DNA of 20,865 nt, taken from the NCBI GenBank assembly GCA_002719295.1, contig PBHC01000013.1:1-20865 (forward strand), read 5' to 3'. Positions 17,186 to 20,865 of this stretch are shown here, one piece after another. The notes below the pieces were generated by a model that was not told where the DNA came from, made no database searches, and saw nothing but the letters and a program-made list of their open reading frames with translations. Source of the DNA: Chloroflexota bacterium. GTDB lineage: Bacteria; Chloroflexota; Dehalococcoidia; Lucifugimonadales; Lucifugimonadaceae. Position 1 is the stretch's first letter. Each line of letters begins with the position of its first letter. A program made the translations under genes and the position numbers.

Positions 17186-17833
17186 TCAATATAATTCAAA
17201 CCTTTTATTAACATTATCTTCAAGCATCATTTCAGATTCTTTTTCCCTTACTTCAATACACTTTTTAAGAGTTTGTTCTGCGATATCTAAAGGAATTCTA
17301 GTTATACCATCTTCATCTGCAATTAATAGATCGCCAGGATCAATTTTCAATTTTGCTATTTCTACTGAAGTTTGTGTTTCTATAAGATTAAATGGTCCAT
17401 GTCCAGGGACTCTTCCTGTACCCCATACAGGCATATTTGCTTTCTTTATTCCGGGAATATCCCTTATTGAACCCTCAGCAACCATACCGACTGCACCTAG
17501 CACTCTTGCCATATTTGCCATTACGTCTCCAATTATAGCTGCACGACCTTTTTCTTTTTCAATGTCTTCAAGAACAACTATCACGGGGAATTCACTGTTC
17601 TTTACATTCCCATATAAATCATTGAAATCTATTTTTGCATTAGGTTCATTTAAAGGTGTAACCTTTCCAGTTACAGCAATCCCTACAACAGGTTCATCAA
17701 AATTATAGGATTTTAATTCAGGAGAAGTATAATCAATATTTGCATCTACATACCCTCTTACTAAAATCATAGCATTTTGAACTGTTGCAGAATCATATTC
17801 CTTGAAATCATTTATTATTTTATTTAAATCCAT
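17186..17833 (-). CDS. RraA-like / HMG-CHA aldolase family protein (second paralog)
   Basis: DSATVQNA, AIIGDVMA, GMVAEGSIRD, PGDLLIADEDGI..IP; AAGGA SD. Confidence 0.9.
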   Translation of the reverse strand: MDLNKIINDFKEYDSATVQNAMILVRGYVDANIDYTSPELKSYNFDEPVVGIAVTGKVTPLNEPNAKIDFNDLYGNVKNSEFPVIVVLEDIEKEKGRAAIIGDVMANMARVLGAVGMVAEGSIRDIPGIKKANMPVWGTGRVPGHGPFNLIETQTSVEIAKLKIDPGDLLIADEDGITRIPLDIAEQTLKKCIEVREKESEMMLEDNVNKRFELY

Positions 17834-17850
17834 TATTTAGTCCTTTTTAT

Positions 17851-18327
17851 TTATAACCATCTTCTAGTATTACTTTTATATTCTTTATAGTCATTTAATT
17901 TAACTAATTCTTTTTCTTCTTCCAAAACAACATATTTATGTATTAATAATATTCCAATAATTGCTCCCAATAAAATTCCAAAAGAAGAAAAAATCGTAGA
18001 TATTCCAAAAGCTGATACAAAAAAAGATACATACATTGGATTTCTTGTATACCTGAAAATTCCTGTTGTAATAATTTTTTTTGTCTTTATAAAAGGTGCA
18101 GGGGATTCATTATTAGAATAAAAGGCTCTTAGTGAAAAAAGCATTATGATAATAGCAAAAACAAAAATGAATAGTCCTAATATTACAAATATATTGTTGC
18201 TGAATTCAATTTTTCTGAAAATAAAATTTTCTATATTTCCACAAACAACACATGGCATAAAAAAAATAACTGGTGGAATTCTGAGTCTTTTTTTTATTAA
18301 GTATTTTTTACCAGAGTCTAAACTCAT
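17851..18327 (-). CDS. Isoprenylcysteine carboxylmethyltransferase / PEMT family membrane protein
   Basis: TTGIFRYTRNPMY, EEK.L and Y..Y...TRRWL motifs; hydrophobic segments. Confidence 0.88.
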   Translation of the reverse strand: MSLDSGKKYLIKKRLRIPPVIFFMPCVVCGNIENFIFRKIEFSNNIFVILGLFIFVFAIIIMLFSLRAFYSNNESPAPFIKTKKIITTGIFRYTRNPMYVSFFVSAFGISTIFSSFGILLGAIIGILLIHKYVVLEEEKELVKLNDYKEYKSNTRRWL

Positions 18328-18836
18328 TTATTAAGCCCTCTCATCATTCCTCTTACATATGAAACCTGTCCCAAGTGTTGATTTAATTCTGTAATTAACC
18401 TTCCTAAAATAAAATAACCAGAAACTTCTCGTTTAAAAAAACTATATTTTAAAGATAGATCTTTTTCCGTAATTTCATCCAATAAATTAATTGTTCGATT
18501 CTTAACATCACTTGAATATTTAGATAAGAAATCAATTTCAATTATAGGGAATTCATCTATTTGTTTCTGAGTAAATCCAAAGCCTATTTCATTTTTCAAT
18601 TTTGGATATTTTTCATAATAATTTTTGGATATCCATATTCTTTCTTGTCCTAATAAAACTTTGTTAACTAAATTATCTTCTACTAAAGCCATATGCCAAA
18701 TCAAGAATATAATATTATTAGAATGAGCATTTGGTCTCCAGATGATTTCATTCTCTGAAAGTGAATTTAGTGACTTGTTTAGGATTTCATAATATTCATT
18801 AACTCCACTCTTAATAGCTTCAGCAAAATAATTCAC
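18324..18836 (-). CDS. DinB/YfiT family four-helix-bundle protein
   Basis: LS..EI.WRP...SN.I..LIWHM...ED and E..QHLGQ..Y.RG motifs; GTG start overlapping the upstream stop. Confidence 0.88.
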   Translation of the reverse strand: MNYFAEAIKSGVNEYYEILNKSLNSLSENEIIWRPNAHSNNIIFLIWHMALVEDNLVNKVLLGQERIWISKNYYEKYPKLKNEIGFGFTQKQIDEFPIIEIDFLSKYSSDVKNRTINLLDEITEKDLSLKYSFFKREVSGYFILGRLITELNQHLGQVSYVRGMMRGLNK

Positions 18837-19600
18837 AGTTCTCCTTTAGCAATTCTTTTATTTCTCGGAGAATTAATAGTTGGGATATTCTTAATTTCTT
18901 CTTCAGAAACAAACTCAATTTTTTCAAGATTTGGGATATGAACAACTTCATTTTCATTTCTGTGATTCTGATAGAAAAGAACATCTGTTTTCGATACGTT
19001 TAACTTCAAAAAATAGTTATATTCTTTTTCATTACTAATTAAGTTTTTATTATAAAACCATTTTGCAATTGAGATCTCAGTAGTCCAAGATAAACCCTCT
19101 TTAGTACCAGCTCTAAATATATCAAAGCTTTCATCCGGCAAATCTCCTTTGTAAAAAGATATTTTAGAAAAAATATACTTCCATTCATTAATATACTTAT
19201 AATGAGAATTAACTTTTCCCCATTCATATTTTATAGTTTCTTCTAAATATCTTTCAGAAAATTTTGTAGATATTAATCTTTCAAAATCTAAGATAGGAAT
19301 TTTGCTTTGTTCAAGTTCATTTATCCTGTTTTGAAATACTGCGCGTGCTAGTGATCTATCTTCATTTTTAATTTTGACTCTAAGTCCATTTATTATTTTA
19401 TTTCGAGCAGCAATATTAAAATTAGGGTCTAAATTATTAATTAAATTTATATGAGCAATTAAACTTTCTTTTTCACTATCAGTTAATTTTTCATAATCTC
19501 TAGAGAATAAAATCAATTGTAATAATTGTGGAATATTAGATTCTGGAATTCTTGATAAAAAGTTTTCAAGATCATCTGGATTGTATGGGTTTGTGTTCAT
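18833..19600 (-). CDS. Hypothetical protein with a putative C-terminal ADP-ribosyltransferase-fold domain (R-S-E motif)
   Basis: LPDESFDIFRAG (R163), GLSWTT (S171), AKWF, RNENEVV (E216/E218). Confidence 0.6.
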   Translation of the reverse strand: MNTNPYNPDDLENFLSRIPESNIPQLLQLILFSRDYEKLTDSEKESLIAHINLINNLDPNFNIAARNKIINGLRVKIKNEDRSLARAVFQNRINELEQSKIPILDFERLISTKFSERYLEETIKYEWGKVNSHYKYINEWKYIFSKISFYKGDLPDESFDIFRAGTKEGLSWTTEISIAKWFYNKNLISNEKEYNYFLKLNVSKTDVLFYQNHRNENEVVHIPNLEKIEFVSEEEIKNIPTINSPRNKRIAKGEL

Positions 19601-19685
19601 AAATTCGCTCTATAAAACAATATCATTATTCTTAAGAAAATACTTCATAGAAATGTTTATGTAAATAAATGAATTAAGAATAGAA

Positions 19686-19762
19686 TGGTGGGCCCGGGAT
19701 GACTCGAACATCCGACCTCTACTTTATCAGAGTAGCGCTCTAACCGACTGAGCTACGGGCCC
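19686..19762 (-). tRNA. tRNA-Ile(GAT)
   Basis: GGGCCCG acceptor stem, AGCTCAGTCGGTTAGAGC D arm, CTACT-CTGATAA-AGTAG anticodon arm, GGATG-TTCGAGT-CATCC T arm, encoded CCA; 77 nt. Confidence 0.98.
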
Positions 19763-19833
19763 TAGTGTTTTTTTATTCTTTTGTAATTTTATATCAAGAA
19801 AAAAAAAATAAAGCTTATTTCTAATAAAAAAAA

Positions 19834-19855
19834 CACTTTGAAGACTGAACAGTGA
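19834..19855 (-). other. Probable 3' arm of the 16S precursor processing stem
   Basis: Transcript reads UUCACUGUUCAGUCUUCAAAGUG, complementary to the CTTTGAAxACTGAAC-type sequence common in rRNA leaders; the partner arm is outside the window. Confidence 0.5.
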
Positions 19856-20044
19856 ATGAAAAAGACCTTAAATGTTTGTTCTTAGTTTGTACTTAATGTA
19901 CGTTAACAATGATGTATTTTTTTGTGAAAAAGAAAGATTATTGCGAGCCCCTTCAACAAATGTGAATCTCGCTCAAGCATTAAGATTTCTTTTTTACATA
20001 CACCAAACGACCATAATAATAATCATAAAAATGATTTTATTTAT

Positions 20045-20865
<821 letters not shown>

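Noticed and set aside
1669..18334. Shadow ORFs 1669-1896, 4250-4570, 6831-7073, 7379-7633, 9248-9562, 9733-9996, 10683-11183, 12122-12316, 13895-14086, 14336-14644, 16461-16676, 18146-18334
   Set aside because: Antisense to well-supported genes and without recognisable motifs.
19039..19227. 62-aa alternative-frame ORF inside the ART-like gene (nested antitoxin idea)
   Set aside because: No motif or clear SD; fully nested and expected by chance.
16951..19695. tRNA-integrated mobile element with att sites
   Set aside because: No integrase or transposase. The only echo of the tRNA 3' end (GGTCCCACCA at 16951-16960, 9/10 match) is short and inverted rather than direct.
19910..20005. Long imperfect hairpin (GCGAG/CTCGC core) as a separate ncRNA or tRNA-Ala remnant
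   Set aside because: No cloverleaf; long stems are normal in rRNA spacers.

Overview
AT-rich, densely packed bacterial chromosome segment. The partial 16S rRNA looks like Chloroflexota/Dehalococcoidia, and the low GC suggests a streamlined SAR202-like lineage (inference). Gene order: rpsR (partial, with a 24-bp tandem-repeat acidic tail), ssb, rpsF and glyA (-); a PIG-L deacetylase and a degenerate CpsB-like PHP protein (+); panE, an RraA/HMG aldolase and ilvE (-); rph, eno, gap, pdxS, pdxT, an AAA/R3H ATPase and tmk (+); NUDIX (-); alkA-like (+); MFS (-); DMT (+). Then comes a minus-strand run of 16S rRNA (3' part) and tRNA-Ile(GAT) with no 23S, followed by an ADP-ribosyltransferase-like gene, DinB-family, ICMT/PEMT-family and a second RraA-family gene. 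Best leads: (1) a compact H-type pseudoknot that covers the Shine-Dalgarno site and fills the predicted pdxS 5' UTR, a candidate vitamin B6-pathway riboswitch; (2) an R-S-E type ART-like gene heading a coupled cassette behind tRNA-Ile; (3) a panE-aldolase-ilvE unit whose chemistry fits a PanB-independent pantoate/ketoisovalerate route; (4) a GAPDH with NADP-type signature residues. All calls come from reading motifs by eye; no database searches were run.
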